From Octopus bimaculoides (taxonomy: Eukaryota), in NCBI RefSeq assembly GCF_001194135.2, contig NC_068982.1, positions 110,384,211 to 110,424,399 on the forward strand: a DNA stretch of 40,189 nt, read 5' to 3'. Of the stretch, positions 1 to 13,155 are shown piece by piece. Position 1 is the first letter of the stretch. Each line of letters opens with the position of its first letter. The notes below the pieces were generated by a model. The model was not told the DNA's origin, made no database searches, and was given only the letters and a program-made list of their open reading frames with translations. The position numbers were made by a program, and so were the translations under genes.

Positions 1-461
1 ATATATATATATATAAGGATAGCATTATGATCCATCTAACAATCTTGGATAAATCTTGGTTCAGAGGAACTATATTTGTTACCAAGGCTAATCTGCATAC
101 AACAGGCAAACCCCAACCCTACTTCTCAAGGAGTTGAAGTACCAGATGGTTTCTGAGTAACAGTTATTGTGGAGTAGAAATGCACTGATTAAGCATGGTC
201 AGATCTGTTGTTAGAAATAGCAGTTATATTTCAAACTACCCAATTGTTTTTTAAAGGAAGACATAGAGAATGATACAGCCACTAATAAACAGAATATGGA
301 ATACTTCTACTCAATCAGGACTGACCTGGGATTAATGACAATTTCAAAGAGTGACAGAGAAAAGGTGAGGTGAGATAGATATCAGTAATGCAGGAAGAGG
401 AATATTCAAATAAATGATGAAAATTGATGAAGTTTAGAAAGCAAAGAAGACAAAATTTAGA

Positions 462-690
462 ATGCAAAAGCTTGAAAGAAATGAAGCCAGCATGCTCTGC
501 TGTATGTTGCAATGTCAGCATGCATGTATGACAAATGGTAAAGGTTTTGAGAGAAAAATTGGGTATAAGAAGCATCAGTTATAGCATGCAAGAGCAGAGA
601 CTGTGCTGATATGGTCATGACCTGTGAAAGAACACTCAGGACAAAGTGTAAGAAGGACAAAGTTGTAAGAAATGGTCTTCTAATACTGAG
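462..690 (+). mobile_element. Decayed RTE-clade LINE, C-terminal RT/thumb fragment
   Basis: Reads MQKLERNEASML..CNVSMH....LREKLGIRSI..MQEQRL.*YGH with frameshifts; homologous to 36390-36600 in this window. Confidence 0.6.
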
Positions 691-1194
691 TCTCACAGAA
701 GAGATGACAAAAAAAAAAAACCAAGACAATTAGTAATTTGCTGTGCTTGAGAAGACCTGCCCAGTTAAGTAAAATCTATGACAAAGACATATCCCTTGTG
801 ACCATGTCCCCCCACCATTCTCACCATTGCATTATTTCTCCACCCCACCCCCCATTCTCCCTCATGTACCAACATGCACAAGTATGCTCCTGTTGAATCC
901 CCTCAACATATCCTCCCAATAACCCCCTGCTACCTGTGTCAATTCATTACATTCCCTCAGCCAACTCACTCTTTCACAATCTTGTAAACTCACCCACCCA
1001 CTCACCCTCTCTAATTCCCAAACCACTTCACTATATATACCTTCTTGTAACTTGGGTGCATTGCCCCTGCCCCCTCCCTGTCACATCTTCGCCATTTTCT
1101 CTCTCCTGAGGTAACCATGTTTCTCATCTAATGCAAAATACCATTTTGTCCTTCAATACTCCCCATACACACACACACACACACAGTTGAGAGG

Positions 1195-1410
1195 TCATGT
1201 CCTGCAAATTACTTAGTGACCTCACTGCTGCTGGTGCCATGTAAAAAGCACCCAGTACACACTGTAAAGTGGTTGATGTTAAGGACAGCCAGTTGTAAAA
1301 GCCATGCCAAAGCAGACAGCAGAGCTTGGTGCAGTCTTCTGACTTGCTAGTTCCTGTCAAACCATCCAACTCATGCCAGCACAGAAAACATTAAATGATG
1401 ATAATGACAA
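1195..1410 (+). mobile_element. RTE LINE 3' end fragment (degenerate)
   Basis: ggtgccatgtaaaaagcacccag...gtcaaaccatccaactcatgccagc...attaaatgatgataatg; same 3' terminus and (ATG)n tail as 36830-36996. Confidence 0.7.
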
Positions 1411-1444
1411 TAATGAGTATCTTGGAAGTATTTATTCAGTTGAG

Positions 1445-1840
1445 AAAGATGACCAGGATATGGATTTTACATAAGCTTGTGAAGACCTGTCAAGCCAAGT
1501 GAGGTCGTAGTTGTGGGTATCTGTGCCAGTGACTCATAAAAAGCATCGTTCGAGCGTTGGGTCTCATGGAGGCAGTGACTGGTGACTGATATACTGTGCT
1601 TGTGAAGACCTGTCAAGCCAAGTGAGATCATAGTCAGGGCTCATGCCAGTGCTGTGTCGGTGGCACGTAAAAAGCACCCACTACACTCTTGGAATGACTG
1701 GTGTTTTAGGAAGGGCATCCAGCCATAGAAATCATGCCAAATCAGATTGGAACATGGGGCAACTCCCCAGCTTACCAGTTTTCAGTCAAATCGTCCAACC
1801 CATACCAAGCGGATGTTAAATGATGATGATGATGATGATG
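1445..1840 (+). mobile_element. RTE LINE 3' end with an internally duplicated module
   Basis: gaagacctgtcaagccaagtgag occurs twice; ggaagggcatccagccatagaaa motif; ends gttaaatgatgatgatgatgatgatg. Confidence 0.8.
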
Positions 1841-3584
1841 GACATCACATTCAGAAAAGAGTTGGAATACAGAGTTATGTGTCAATTATCTCTATTTAAG
1901 GATATTTATACAAGGGGTTCAAACAGAAATAAAAATGATGAAAAGAATGTGTGATATTAATGATACACCATATGAACAATTATGAAGTCAAACTGCTGGA
2001 CCAGGGACCACATGCTGAAATCTTATAACTGTCATTGTTTGTGACCCTCAACAGACACAATGTTGTTCATTTTAGCTTTTAAACTGTCTAGATAATAAGA
2101 ATATTATCCAGAATTGAAACAAATTGCTTCAACAATGTGTAAATGTTCAATTTTCTAAGACCACTTCATGTTATCCAACAGAGACAAATTGATATAAAAT
2201 TAAACAAATAGATGATGTTTAAATATAAAATATCCTAATAATAAACTATTTGCAAGATGATTGTTTAACCAGAAAATAAACAGAGTAGGGGGGCAAACGA
2301 GATAAGGTACAGTCAATCCACTTTGATGCAAAAATGGTAGAATTTAGAGTCCCCATAGTTTCTCATTCAGAATAAGAGACATATTTAAAACATTCATTTA
2401 TTTGAAAATCTATCATTTAACAATTTTATTATTTCTTAAAACAATATGACTGAAATGCACAGACCTGTCTTACAATATGTACAAGCCTGTCTTACTACAT
2501 TCAGTTGTATAATATAATAAAGGTATTCTGACAGTAAACAAGATAGATGTTCTACTACATTAACATATGAAGCAACCTAGAAATTCGATCATAGATATGG
2601 AATAGAATTAGTGTTAATATTGAGTAGCCACTGTCAATTTTGCTTCTGTGGAACTATAAACTGAGGTAGTTGACCAGATATTTCAAAGCAACCCACACAT
2701 TGTTTTCAGGATGTACCAAGCCCCCATCTATTATGAGACCATGATTATACTATACTATACTATACAAAATGTAACCAGGTTGCTTACAAGAATGTATTTT
2801 TGACTGAAACCTCTTGTAAGTCAGAACAGAAATGAACAAGATGGACTGGTTGGAACACAAGTTTTGATTCCTTGTAACTGGCAGGAAGTGGCTAGTAACA
2901 AAGTACAGTTTCAAATACACAGCAGTGAAAATATATTCAATTCTGATCAGAATCAACTATATATATCTCTTAAAAACTAATACAAAACAAATATAAATCT
3001 TAAAATGGCTTCTACATTCATCAATAACTTCCTTAACTATTACTACTAGCATTCTTAAACAAGTGCTTAAATTTATACATATAGACAAACCTAACATACA
3101 CAAATACCTTATTATTATGTGGTGTGCACAAGATCAAGAAGCAATATGTATATAATTTTATCTTTTAATCAGCAGAGAAAACTGCTCATGACTATTTATA
3201 AGGCCTCCAAGATAATGGGAAGAGGGAGGAGGTACCCTCAAGCCAAAATCTTAGTTCAAATGCTTCAACAAAGTGAACAATACTAAAGGAACATTCAGGG
3301 TGCCAGGTGATGGTGCTAAGCTGGCCAATGGATTAAGTCTACTCCCCAAATAGGCTATAACAGGATTAGAACTCAGAGTGTGAAGAACCAGAACAAAAAC
3401 TACAAGGCATCCAGTCCAATGTTCTTACAGTTCACCAATCCACCAGCTTGATTGACATTTATTTTATCAACTTTAAAAGCATGAAAGATGAAGCTGACCT
3501 CAGCAGGATTTGAACTCAGAGTAAATATAAAGAAGGATTGCAATTATGACTGCATGTGCACACGCATGTGTGTGTGTACATGCA

Positions 3585-3930
3585 TTGTTGAATGGCTAGA
3601 AAGTTCCTTTTGTAACTATTAGGTCCCCAGGTTCAATCCCACTGGATAACATCTTGGAAAGGTGCATTTATCATAAACATGGGTCGACTCATGCCTAATG
3701 AAGAAACTTGCGTAGATGGAAACGAAATAGAAGTTGGATGGATAGCACCTGTAATTCAAATGTCCGGTCTTGTCGCACCTGTAACACACTAATACTACCT
3801 AAGAATTACAATAAGGGTGAATGTATATTTGGAATGCTCAGCCACTTAGCAAGCTAATTCAATGAGTAAGTAATTTTGCTGATCGAACAACTGGACACTC
3901 ATGCATCAAAATCAACGAGATTCCATTTTG
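3585..3930 (+). mobile_element. Degenerate tRNA-headed SINE
   Basis: B-box-like ggttcaatccc followed by a body resembling the intact copy at 23872-24037; boundaries approximate. Confidence 0.5.
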
Positions 3931-4446
3931 TGTGTGGGTGTATGAGTTTGTATTTTACAAGTACATAAGTGTCTGAAGATAAAGCATTTAGGTATAATGT
4001 TGTGCAATGGTTTCCAACCGTTTAACATAAAAGAGCTCATTTGAAGAAGCAAATTTAGATTTGAAATTATCAGAAAAAGCATATGCATATGTCATAAGAT
4101 GTAAAGCATGAAAATAGTGCATGTTATCTACAAAAAGAAAAGATTTAGATTTGAGGAGATATTTTAAAAACTAAAATACAAGTTCTATTTTGAAAAGAAT
4201 GATGGCAATTTTAATGAGAAACTTGAGACTGAACTGTCACAACAAGCTTGATAATGTCCCCTTGCATTAGTTACAAAACGATGCAGATGCAGGTCAGTAA
4301 AACTTGATCTAACCTTCGATTTCACTTATTTCATTTTTGAAAATGCTTGTGGACAAACATTTTCAAAGACGGCAAGATGTAATATGCCTGGTCAGAAACA
4401 AACACCATGGAGTAATACAACTGACCAAAATACAAATACAACATAC

Positions 4447-4500
4447 CATAAAGCTTGATCAATGAGGAGTAACATGCCCCATCAGTGTAGTGTTGCATGC
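4447..4500 (-). CDS. Candidate internal exon (54 nt, phase 1-1) of unidentified host gene: (G)MQHYTDGACYSSLIKLY
   Basis: Acceptor ccatacttttcag, donor ATG|gtatgt; only the phase-1 frame is open, and it matches the phase of exon 10941-11079. Confidence 0.45.
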
Positions 4501-4583
4501 CTGAAAAGTATGGTGCTACATACACCTGATGAATGCCATATAACATATATTAGAAGCATGGTACAACCTTTTTTTTTTTTTTG

Positions 4584-4718
4584 CTTATGGTTATCACAAT
4601 AGATTTTCTATAGAAATTGTAGCCAGCACTGATTTGTTTTCTCACATCCAAGTATGTCTAATGTAAGAAATCAGAGATGGCTACAATTTCTGTAGAAAAT
4701 CTGTACAGATAACCTTAA
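4584..4718. repeat. Long fold-back inverted repeat (hairpin or palindromic MITE remnant)
   Basis: 4600-4625 pairs with 4678-4703 (24/26 Watson-Crick, 2 G.T); outer ggttatc/gataacc also pair. Confidence 0.85.
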
Positions 4719-5344
4719 AAAGTGATTTAATAGCATTACTAACATGGTATAGGACACAGTATTAGCTTATAAAGTCTTCAATATACTTGGTGGTATATTA
4801 TGGTTGCATAACGAAATATGGTGTCCCTATGAGTAATTAGCTTTATTTTATTCTCAGATCAGCTCTGATCAAGAAGTCCTATGATCATAGCCATTCCTGT
4901 CATGACCATCCCAACCTTTTTACAAATGTAATGTATCTAAGACTACATTATCCAATGTGATATGGGGGAGATTTGGCTGTTAGTTCTAACAGGTCAAGCT
5001 AATGTAAGAAACCCCATATTATGTAAACAGCACTGAGTAACATGTGAGACCAGAATGGTGTGATATGTGAGCAGCCTCTTGTAATATATTGTGAAAATAG
5101 TGTAATACAGAATTTTCTGTTTGATGTACTGTGTAGGTCATGTGACTGAATTAGCAGAAATGTTTTGTACACCACCAAGAAGCTCATAAAAGTCTGAGTC
5201 TCCTATTTAGTTGGCAACAAGTCAAGAAATACAATTAAAATCTTGAAGACTTTGTCACTAATAGTCAAACATCTTATTTTCTTTGTTTCACTTTTTATAT
5301 TTTGTTTTAATGGTAAACACACAATTATCCTAATTATCTCTTAA

Positions 5345-5388
5345 TTAATTAAGAGTGGTAGTGAAACAATTAACATTATCCAGATCAG
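5345..5388 (-). CDS. Candidate alternative terminal exon (A)DLDNVNCFTTTLN*
   Basis: Acceptor ttttgcttttag; phase-1 frame open to TAA; ATTAAA about 35 nt past the stop; no independent support. Confidence 0.3.
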
Positions 5389-5520
5389 CTAAAAGCAAAA
5401 CTATTTTTGGTGAGATACAAATATACAAAAAGTAATTTGAAGATATACTTGTCCAATAATGAAATAATAGAAGTTCTTCTATGATAATGGTAAATATTGC
5501 ATGTCTGAGAATAAATGGAA

Positions 5521-5570
5521 TTCTCTCTCTCTCACTCACTCACTCACTCACTCACTCACACACTCACACA

Positions 5571-5606
<36 letters not shown>

Positions 5607-5610
5607 TACA

Positions 5611-5644
<34 letters not shown>
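5521..5644. repeat. Compound (CT)n(CACT)n(CA)n microsatellite
   Basis: Directly visible. Confidence 0.95.
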
Positions 5645-5649
<5 letters not shown>

Positions 5650-6413
5650 ATGAAAAATTATATGCTAAAAGTTCTATAAATATCAATTAGTTTTTATCCA
5701 CCAAGGTAGAAAGTAATATTTATTTGCAAATTTTAAAAACTTGGCTACTTAGCTCAATAAAAACACCCCTGAAACTTTTGATTGCATGAGCACACATGCA
5801 GAGAGTGTATGGATGCTTGTTTATGAGTGGAGGAGGGGGTATTGTAGGCTAATTCTACATATGTTGCCTGACAAGCAAACACAAGTGACTAAATCTTCAA
5901 GTTGCACCTAACGTATTTGGCTATTTGCCAAACTTCCACTATTTTCATTTACCCAACGTTGTCTCTTTTCTCTAACTTCTCACTAAAACAAGATAGTTTT
6001 CTATTCTACAATTAAACAATTATTCAAGAGAAATATGACTCACCAAAGTCTTATTCCAGCTGATGCCTTAATTAATACAGAATGATGGTTGTGTCATTAT
6101 AGCACTGAACCTTTCAGGCAATGGTTACAAGTTTCAATTTAAACACTAATGTGGAGCAGCGCTCACAAAGAATAAATATTATATTAGCCCTTGCAAAATT
6201 AGTAGAAATTACACAATCCCCTCATTGTAGTTTGAAAATAAAACAAATTAATGGCTTCCCACATTGTTTCAGGTTAAGTCCTACCGCATGGCATCTTGGG
6301 TATATATCTTCTACTATAACTCTAAGCTGCCCAAAGCCTTGTAAGTGATTTTGAAAAAGAGAAACTTAAAGGCTTCAGAACCTATTGTCAAACAAAGGTG
6401 GTTTGAACAGAAA

Positions 6414-6936
6414 GTCATGTTGTGTGTTTGGTGGAATTTTGAGAGAGTGTAGCACTTTGAGCTTGTCCCAGACAATCATGCTGTGAACACTAACCTTTAG
6501 ACTCAACAACTGCAGCAATTACATGAGGCTTTGAAAGCGCACTACCCAGTATTGGTCAATCAAAGACGCACACTGATTGTATGACAATGCCCCAGCACAC
6601 ACTGCCAACGAGACCAAGCACAAACTTGATGGTCTGAAAGCATTGCCAACCCAGCTTACAGTCCAAACCTTATGCCATCAGATTAGCACCTTTTCAGAAC
6701 CATGACTCATTTCCTGCATGGACAGAGGTTCAACAATGTAGATATGATTGAAGGAGTTTTTTTTACCTCTAAACCAGCCAAATGGTATGAGCATGGAATT
6801 GAGCTTCTGGCACAACAATGGCAACAGACAATAGAATATGATGGCATATTTTTTGATGAATTAATGTTTTTCCATAATAATTTTTTCGACTATTAATTAA
6901 AACTTGAAATACAGAAAAATTTTTGACTCAACCTGG
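6414..6936 (+). mobile_element. Mariner transposase C-terminal half plus right end, decayed
   Basis: MLCVWWNF..V.HFELVP, DNAPAHTAN, YSPNLMPSD.HLFRTMTHFL, W..TIEYDG; ends ttttgactcaacctgg|TA. Confidence 0.9.
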
Positions 6937-7804
6937 TATTTCTGTAGTTTGCACATTAAATGGCAAAGAGCTTGCCAACTCAGACGTAATGGACACTTTG
7001 GAGTGAAAAGAAAGTAAAAGAAGGTAGAGAGAAAACAACACAAGAGAGAGAGAGAAATAAAGTCATGTAACTGTCACAGACAATAACCTTACTTCTTGAG
7101 AAACACATCATCTGTACATGAAGTACAAAATACTGAATTGTTGTTAAAGCTTCAAAAACTAGAATGAAAAACAATGAGCTGATATATCTCAAGAATCTTT
7201 AAAATGTACTATTAATTAGTTCATATACTCAAATAATATATACTTAATTGACCTTACGAGTCATAAGCCCAAATCTTGAAAATGAAAACTCTGAAAGCAT
7301 GGTCATGCATAAAGTATCTTTACAAACTGATCTGTTACCTTAGTTTTGTCTTCTATAACAATTGTCCATGCAGCTTTAGCTAATTAATATCTCAGTTATC
7401 ATTAGTAATGGTTCATTAATCCAAAGAAAATAAGTTTAAGGTGGAAGACTTAACTAGAAAATACTTATGTACAACACCAGCAATAACCTATATCAGTATG
7501 AAAAAGCAATAATCTACAACCAAACCATAAACAATAATACTAAAGTCCACTAATAGGTATAAAGTAGATATTCTCCTGTACTCTTTGTCAGTACCCTTTA
7601 ATAATATTTGAACAAAAGCTTTGTATTTGTCAGAAGTGAAAAAATATTCCTTCACTTCTAAAATCTCAAAGGTTATTGAAACATTTGAAAGCAAATACTC
7701 CTTAATCATCTTGAGTCTTATTCACCTTCAATCCCCCAATAACCAAAACAGCCAGATAAACTGGAAACCTACTTTGTTACACCTCACACCTGGAGTTTCT
7801 CACC

Positions 7805-8160
7805 CACAATAACAGTTATGTTATAGCCTTGACATCAGTAAAGTGTTAAATTGTGTCTGAAACAAGAATCTCCTTACTATGTTATCAACCTATGGACTCC
7901 CATTTGTCTCATCTCTTGGAGTGGAAGTTTCTTATTTGATCATTCAATCACAATGTATCAACAGAACTCTCTTCAATCCACATTCTAGTAACCTTGGCAC
8001 ACCTTAGAGTTCAGCTGTCTCTACTTCGTTGCTATTACCCCTAACCACAAACTAACTCCTAAGCAGACAATACCACAATCAAATCTTTCATACACATGCA
8101 TCATCAACACAACCTAGACACACCATATCTACACTGGTATCCAGTAACACAACTGTCCAA
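7805..8160 (+). mobile_element. CR1/L2-group LINE reverse transcriptase remnant
   Basis: SYVIALDISKVLNCV*NKNLLTMLSTYGL...LISW.GSFL resembles the ALDISKAFDRVWH..LL.KL..YG motif. Confidence 0.6.
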
Positions 8161-8489
8161 CATATTTTCTTGTACTTCAAATTTTCTTCCCAACTGCCAA
8201 CTCTACCATTGTTTACATCTAAGTTGAAAATAATGGTGGCCAATACCAAAATATTTTGTATCTGCCTTTGTCTATTTTAGTGAAAATGGCAAAGAGTAAC
8301 TAAGTTGGAAAAACTGTGAAAAGAAAGCATGTAACTAACAAAGCAACAGGAAAATGAAAAAAAATACAGTGAATGGGAATTGGAACACTATCATAAATCC
8401 TTCAACAGTTTATAACATTAAGTTTAACAAAGATACTGGTACTGTGGAGAACTGCAGGCTTTCATTTAGGTGTTTAGAAACTTTAAATA

Positions 8490-8971
8490 TAGTAATCACT
8501 CGCCATATTGTGGTTCACCTATCGCGCCCTCAGTACATCACAGATATTTTGGCTAATATATGTAAATTTATGTTGCGGACTCCTCAGTATATTGTGGGTT
8601 TCTGCAGCCAATAAGTATTTACATTTTTTTAAGACTTTAATTATTTTTGTGGTAAAATAAGCATTTTCACACCTTAAATTAATAAATAAAAATACAGTAC
8701 TGCACAGTATAACACATTAATTAAAATATATTAAAAGAAAATATGTAGTGTACCATAGAGGAGTAAACAAAGACTGCACATACTGCATGGAAAATGGAAC
8801 TTGGGAGGTGAGTGTGTGGTGGTGTTTTGCATTTATAATAAAATAAATATATACAAATTATGAAAATAATTTTAAAAAATATAAAGTATGGTACTGTTTC
8901 TACTTCGCAGATTTTCACCTGTTGCGGTGGGGTTCTGGAACATAACACCCGCAACAGTCAAGGGATTATTG
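8490..8971. mobile_element. pogo/Tigger-type MITE
   Basis: TA|tagtaatcactcg left end and aagggattattg|TA right end; subterminal ctacttcgcagattttcacct motif typical of Tigger ends. Confidence 0.75.
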
Positions 8972-10940
8972 TATAACACAGTATAAGTAAACTTAGTTTG
9001 TCTAGCAAAAAGAATTCAAAAGATACTGAGGTTGCTGAAAAATATACAGTATGTAACATATTTGACAACGTGGTTCTGTATTTATAACTATGCATTTTAT
9101 AGAACGCAAATTTTTAATTTTTTAAGACAGAGTTTCCAATATGATAGAGGAGTAAGACTACTGACGATAAGATCTTGAGTACAACCCTTGTGTTATACAC
9201 CTGCAGCAGATTTGCAAGCTTGACTAACAATAGGTGCCATGCTTTCTATAGATTGTTAGCATTCAGCTATAAAAACAATTATGTGAGCATGAAAAAAAAT
9301 TATTGTAGAAACACCAAAGGAAAAAGAAACACAACTCTAAAGAACTGGCACAGTTAAAACATAATGCATACATTCAATTGAACAGTTTCTAGTCAAGAAT
9401 TTTATGGAAAGAATTAATGTTATATTCCTATGAGCCACCGTAAATCAAAATTGGTACTTAGCTCGTTTCTGAAGCTTAGCATCTAGTGCTTATGCACAAG
9501 AGGTGAAAAGAGGTGCATATAATAAAATGTACCTGTCAAACAAAAATTAAATGATACAGATCTGACTTTGCAACAAATCTATTGGGTATCCAAGTAACTT
9601 ATCCATTTGGTAATTTCCCTCATATTACTTACATGCTCAAATTTTTACTACTCTACCACATCACTACTAGTTCTTTTAACCGTATCTTAACTCCACATTA
9701 TAAATTTGAAAACACACATATTGTGTTAGTGTGCTGATACATCAAATCATCATTGGGGAACGTGAACTTATGTTATATGTACTGGCAGTGCATCACATTA
9801 GCCTGTTGATCATTTTTTCACCTACAAGATAATAAAGTGAAGGGGGAATGAACACATTTTCCTTAAAGAGATAATAGTGATTAAAGTGATTATGTGTATC
9901 CTACCCAAATACTACAGACATAGAAAAAGAGATGCAACAGCTGATTATGATGGAAAACAAATCGAATTTCTGTATACTTCCAAATTACTCATAAAATTAT
10001 TAATAATCTTGTCTCTTTTAAAGAGATAAATATTCCCACTAACTTTTTAGTGTTGTCTAAGACTTGTTTGGCTTGTTCATAAATTTGGTGGTTATTTAGC
10101 ACTAGAACTATTCTGATCAAGCTGTGACATCCTGTATTGTATTTATCTCAAACATAGTATGCATGTATGTATATATATATATTACATACATACATACTCT
10201 ATTTTTAAGATAAGGTGGGATTTAGGGTAGGTAGCAACTACCTAGAGGTTATCTAACTGGTTCACTATAGATCATATTCATATCATCATACTTTGAAATA
10301 ATAGCCTTTTCCACTTGATGCCTTCTCCTACAACTACCCACTCAACTATAAAGTTTTTTTGTTCAGTCAAAGAACAGGAATAAGTAAAACAGCCCTGTTC
10401 AAATGCACAAAACAATGACAACGTAAAGAAATAAAAAAACAATGACAACAATAAGATATGAACTCGTAACTCCTTGCCAGCATCTTAGCTATATTTTGTC
10501 TGATATTTTCCCCAATTCCAGTGGTTGTATGTTGTTAATAACAGAAAAATAGAAATATACTTTTTGAACACTAGAAACTACAGCAAATGAATTAAATGAG
10601 CCAACAAGGAAGTTTCTATGCAGCCACTCAAAATGCAAGAAATAGCAAACAAATCTATCTCAGTTCACATTATAATGGCTGGAAAAAAAAAGAAAAAGAT
10701 CAGATAATTTAATCCTCAATGCCTCTAAAAAGATGGGATGATCACATTTGAAATGCCTTTTGTTACAGAGATCAGAACTAACCTAAAGCTAAACAACAGG
10801 TAGATCAAAATCTTGCAAAAACAGTGGAGAAACAGATGTAAAGAAAACAAAGATAAAAAGGGGGATAAAAACAATAGGCATCATTCATAAAACTATTCTC
10901 ACCTTCTTGAAATGACACTTCATCAAACAATGTTACTTAC

Positions 10941-11079
10941 CAGATTTCATCCAATCAGCTTGAGGCAAAGACGCTTGCTTCTCACAACTACACAAAAGGC
11001 ACTTATCCTTATCCATATAAGAATTTAGTCCCCTGTTACTTAGCAGCACCGGTAATGTCCGATTTTCCTTCTGGATTTC
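10941..11079 (-). CDS. Internal coding exon (139 nt, phase 0-1) of unidentified gene: EIQKENRTLPVLLSNRGLNSYMDKDKCLLCSCEKQASLPQADWMKS
   Basis: Acceptor tttgcttttag, donor CTG|gtaagt; one frame open for 46 codons and the other two stopped; GC higher than flanks; not recognised as a repeat. Confidence 0.65.
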
Positions 11080-11167
11080 CTAAAAGCAAAACATAAATAA
11101 GTAATTTCAAATGAGTAAGAGAGTATGAATGAGAGGACGTGTGAGTGCATGAGTACACAGATCATGT

Positions 11168-11300
11168 CAGAGAGAGAGAGAGAGAGTGTGTGAGACAGAG
11201 AGTGTGAGAGAGAGTGTGAGAGAGAGAGTGTGAGAGAGTGTGTGAGAGAGTGTGAGAGAGAGAGTGTGAGAGAGAGAGTGTGTGAGAGTGTGAGAGAGAG
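11168..11300. repeat. Compound (GA)n/(GT)n microsatellite
   Basis: Directly visible; source of the spurious LSHTLS ORFs. Confidence 0.95.
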
Positions 11301-11491
11301 AATATGTGTGTGAGTACATGCAAAAGGGAAAGTACATGAGAGAGTACATCTAAGAGAGCAAGTACAGGTGATAGAAAAAAAAAGAGAGAAAGAAAGAGAG
11401 AAGGAGAGAGAGGGTGCATGTGTGAAAATAAGCAAAAAAGAGTGATTGTAGGTATGTGTTAGAAACTAACAGAGAAATGTGCAAAATTCTT

Positions 11492-11591
11492 AGCCTGGTG
11501 TTGCCATCCGGTTTCACCAGTCCTCAGTCAAATCGTCCAACCCATGCTAGCATGGAAAGCGGACGTTAAACGATGATGATGATGATGATGA
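11492..11591 (+). mobile_element. RTE LINE extreme 3' end (100 bp)
   Basis: cctcagtcaaatcgtccaacccatgctagcatggaaagcggacgttaaacgatgatgatg. Confidence 0.85.
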
Positions 11592-11604
11592 AGAACTCAT
11601 TCAC

Positions 11605-11628
11605 CTGAACCAACATTTGATTGAGGCT
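11605..11628 (-). CDS. Candidate 24-nt microexon SLNQMLVQ (phase 0-0)
   Basis: Acceptor tttcttatgattttag, donor CAG|gtgaat; joins in frame to EIQKENR; chance occurrence not excluded. Confidence 0.3.
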
Positions 11629-11819
11629 CTAAAATCATAAGAAATTTAACACGCATAAAGATTTTCATGCTATGCAAATTATATTACAATAATATAAAGC
11701 ATTATACTAATACCTACAAAGTACTAGATTCTAATATCATTTAGAGAGTAATAATTTCTGTCTTAGACATAAGACCAGAATTTTGAGAAGAAAGAGGCAC
11801 AGTCAATTAGATGGACCAA

Positions 11820-11965
11820 GTACTTTAATAGCATTTTATTTTATCAACCATGGAAGAATGAAAGGTAAAGTTGACTTCAACAGAATTTGAACTCAAAATG
11901 TAAGGAGCAGGAATAAATGCTGCAAAGCATTTTATCTGGTGCTCTAACAAGTCTGTCAGCCCTCT
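11820..11965 (-). mobile_element. Degenerate SINE of the 25789-26019 family
   Basis: gaatgaaaggtaaagttgacttcaacagaatttgaactcaaaa matches ggatgaaaggaaaagtcgacctcagcggaatttgaactcagaa. Confidence 0.55.
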
Positions 11966-12742
11966 GTCATTATGTAAATTATTAATAATGATTCAATACA
12001 GGCATGAGAGGCCATAAATTTTGGTGGTGTGTACAGTTGATTATATCAACTGAAGTACTTCACTATCATCCCTAGAATGATGAAAGCAATGTCATCTTAT
12101 TTGGCTCATCTGGAGTTCACTTTCTGGAATTATTTATTATAATACAAAATACATGTCTCCACAAGTAATATTTTAATCATCCTAATTTGAGAATAATTCA
12201 AAGCATTATTTCTTACAAATAAACATTCATACATAGACACATGTATGCCAAAATACACAATTTCTGGAACAGAAAATAGATCTGTGTGTCCAGTAATAGA
12301 TTAAAGCAACACAAATTAATCCTTATCAACTAATTCTTTTTATGAATAGACAGCATATGGCCAATTATACAGATTTCTTTCAAATACGCAATGAAGCACA
12401 ACTTATGTGGGTTTGAAGTATGTAGCTGTATGAATTTATCCTCATATATTAATGGTATATCCACTTCAATAAAGTATGAAATTCAATTCTTTAAGGCCAA
12501 TTCATTCAGCTACTTCACTGCAGGCCTCAGAAAATAAAAGAAAAAAAAAGAAGAAAAAAAACACATATACAAGAAGTAATTAACAGATAAACTTGGGAGA
12601 TGCACTTTAACAACACACTCATGGTTCATTTCAGAATAGCAAGCTAAGTGCTACACAACAAAAACAAATATTTGAAATACTGAAACCTGGCTACTGCTAA
12701 GCATTTGTGAAAATAAACAAACACCATATTCGATGACTTTAA

Positions 12743-12950
12743 CCCTATAGCATTTAAACTGGCCATATCAAGCCCAAATATTTCATCTGTTTTATGCTCA
12801 AACCATCTAGATCTGGCCTCTCACATCTAACCTACAATGTCATTCTAATGATAAAGAAGCACAGAATCTAGACAATGAGATCATTTGTGATTAATTTAAA
12901 ATGATGTGGATAAGTTTTATATTTGACAGAATAATCTGGATACTAAAGGG
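12743..12950. mobile_element. piggyBac-type MITE
   Basis: TTAA|ccctatagca ... tactaaaggg|TTAA (TIR plus TTAA TSD). Confidence 0.75.
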
Positions 12951-13155
12951 TTAAGATAAGTGAATTAACAATACATGAATTCATTTTGAGAAATGTTAAG
13001 ACCTTATTCTTTGCCTAACATTTATGGCCTTCCTCACTCTGATGTGCTCAGTTCTTTAACATTACACTATTTCACTTGAAAGAAAAAAAAGGGGGAAGTT
13101 TTATCAAAACTTTACTTATTACAGGTGAGTGTGTGCATGTGCACACACACACACA

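Noticed and set aside
6044-6189. Minus-strand AG-GT segment with strong gtgagt donor
   Set aside because: Stops in all three frames; could be non-coding or a poison exon but unsupported
7083-7657. Several short minus-strand AG-GT open segments (for example EVKEYFFTSDKYKAFVQILLK)
   Set aside because: Weak splice sites; their abundance shows such hits arise by chance here
5389-11090. Identical acceptor 11-mer tttgcttttag at two candidate exons
   Set aside because: Close to the generic acceptor consensus in AT-rich DNA
11040-11435. Long ORFs such as 11040-11435, 30950-31669 and 34175-34615
   Set aside because: Produced by microsatellites or N-gaps
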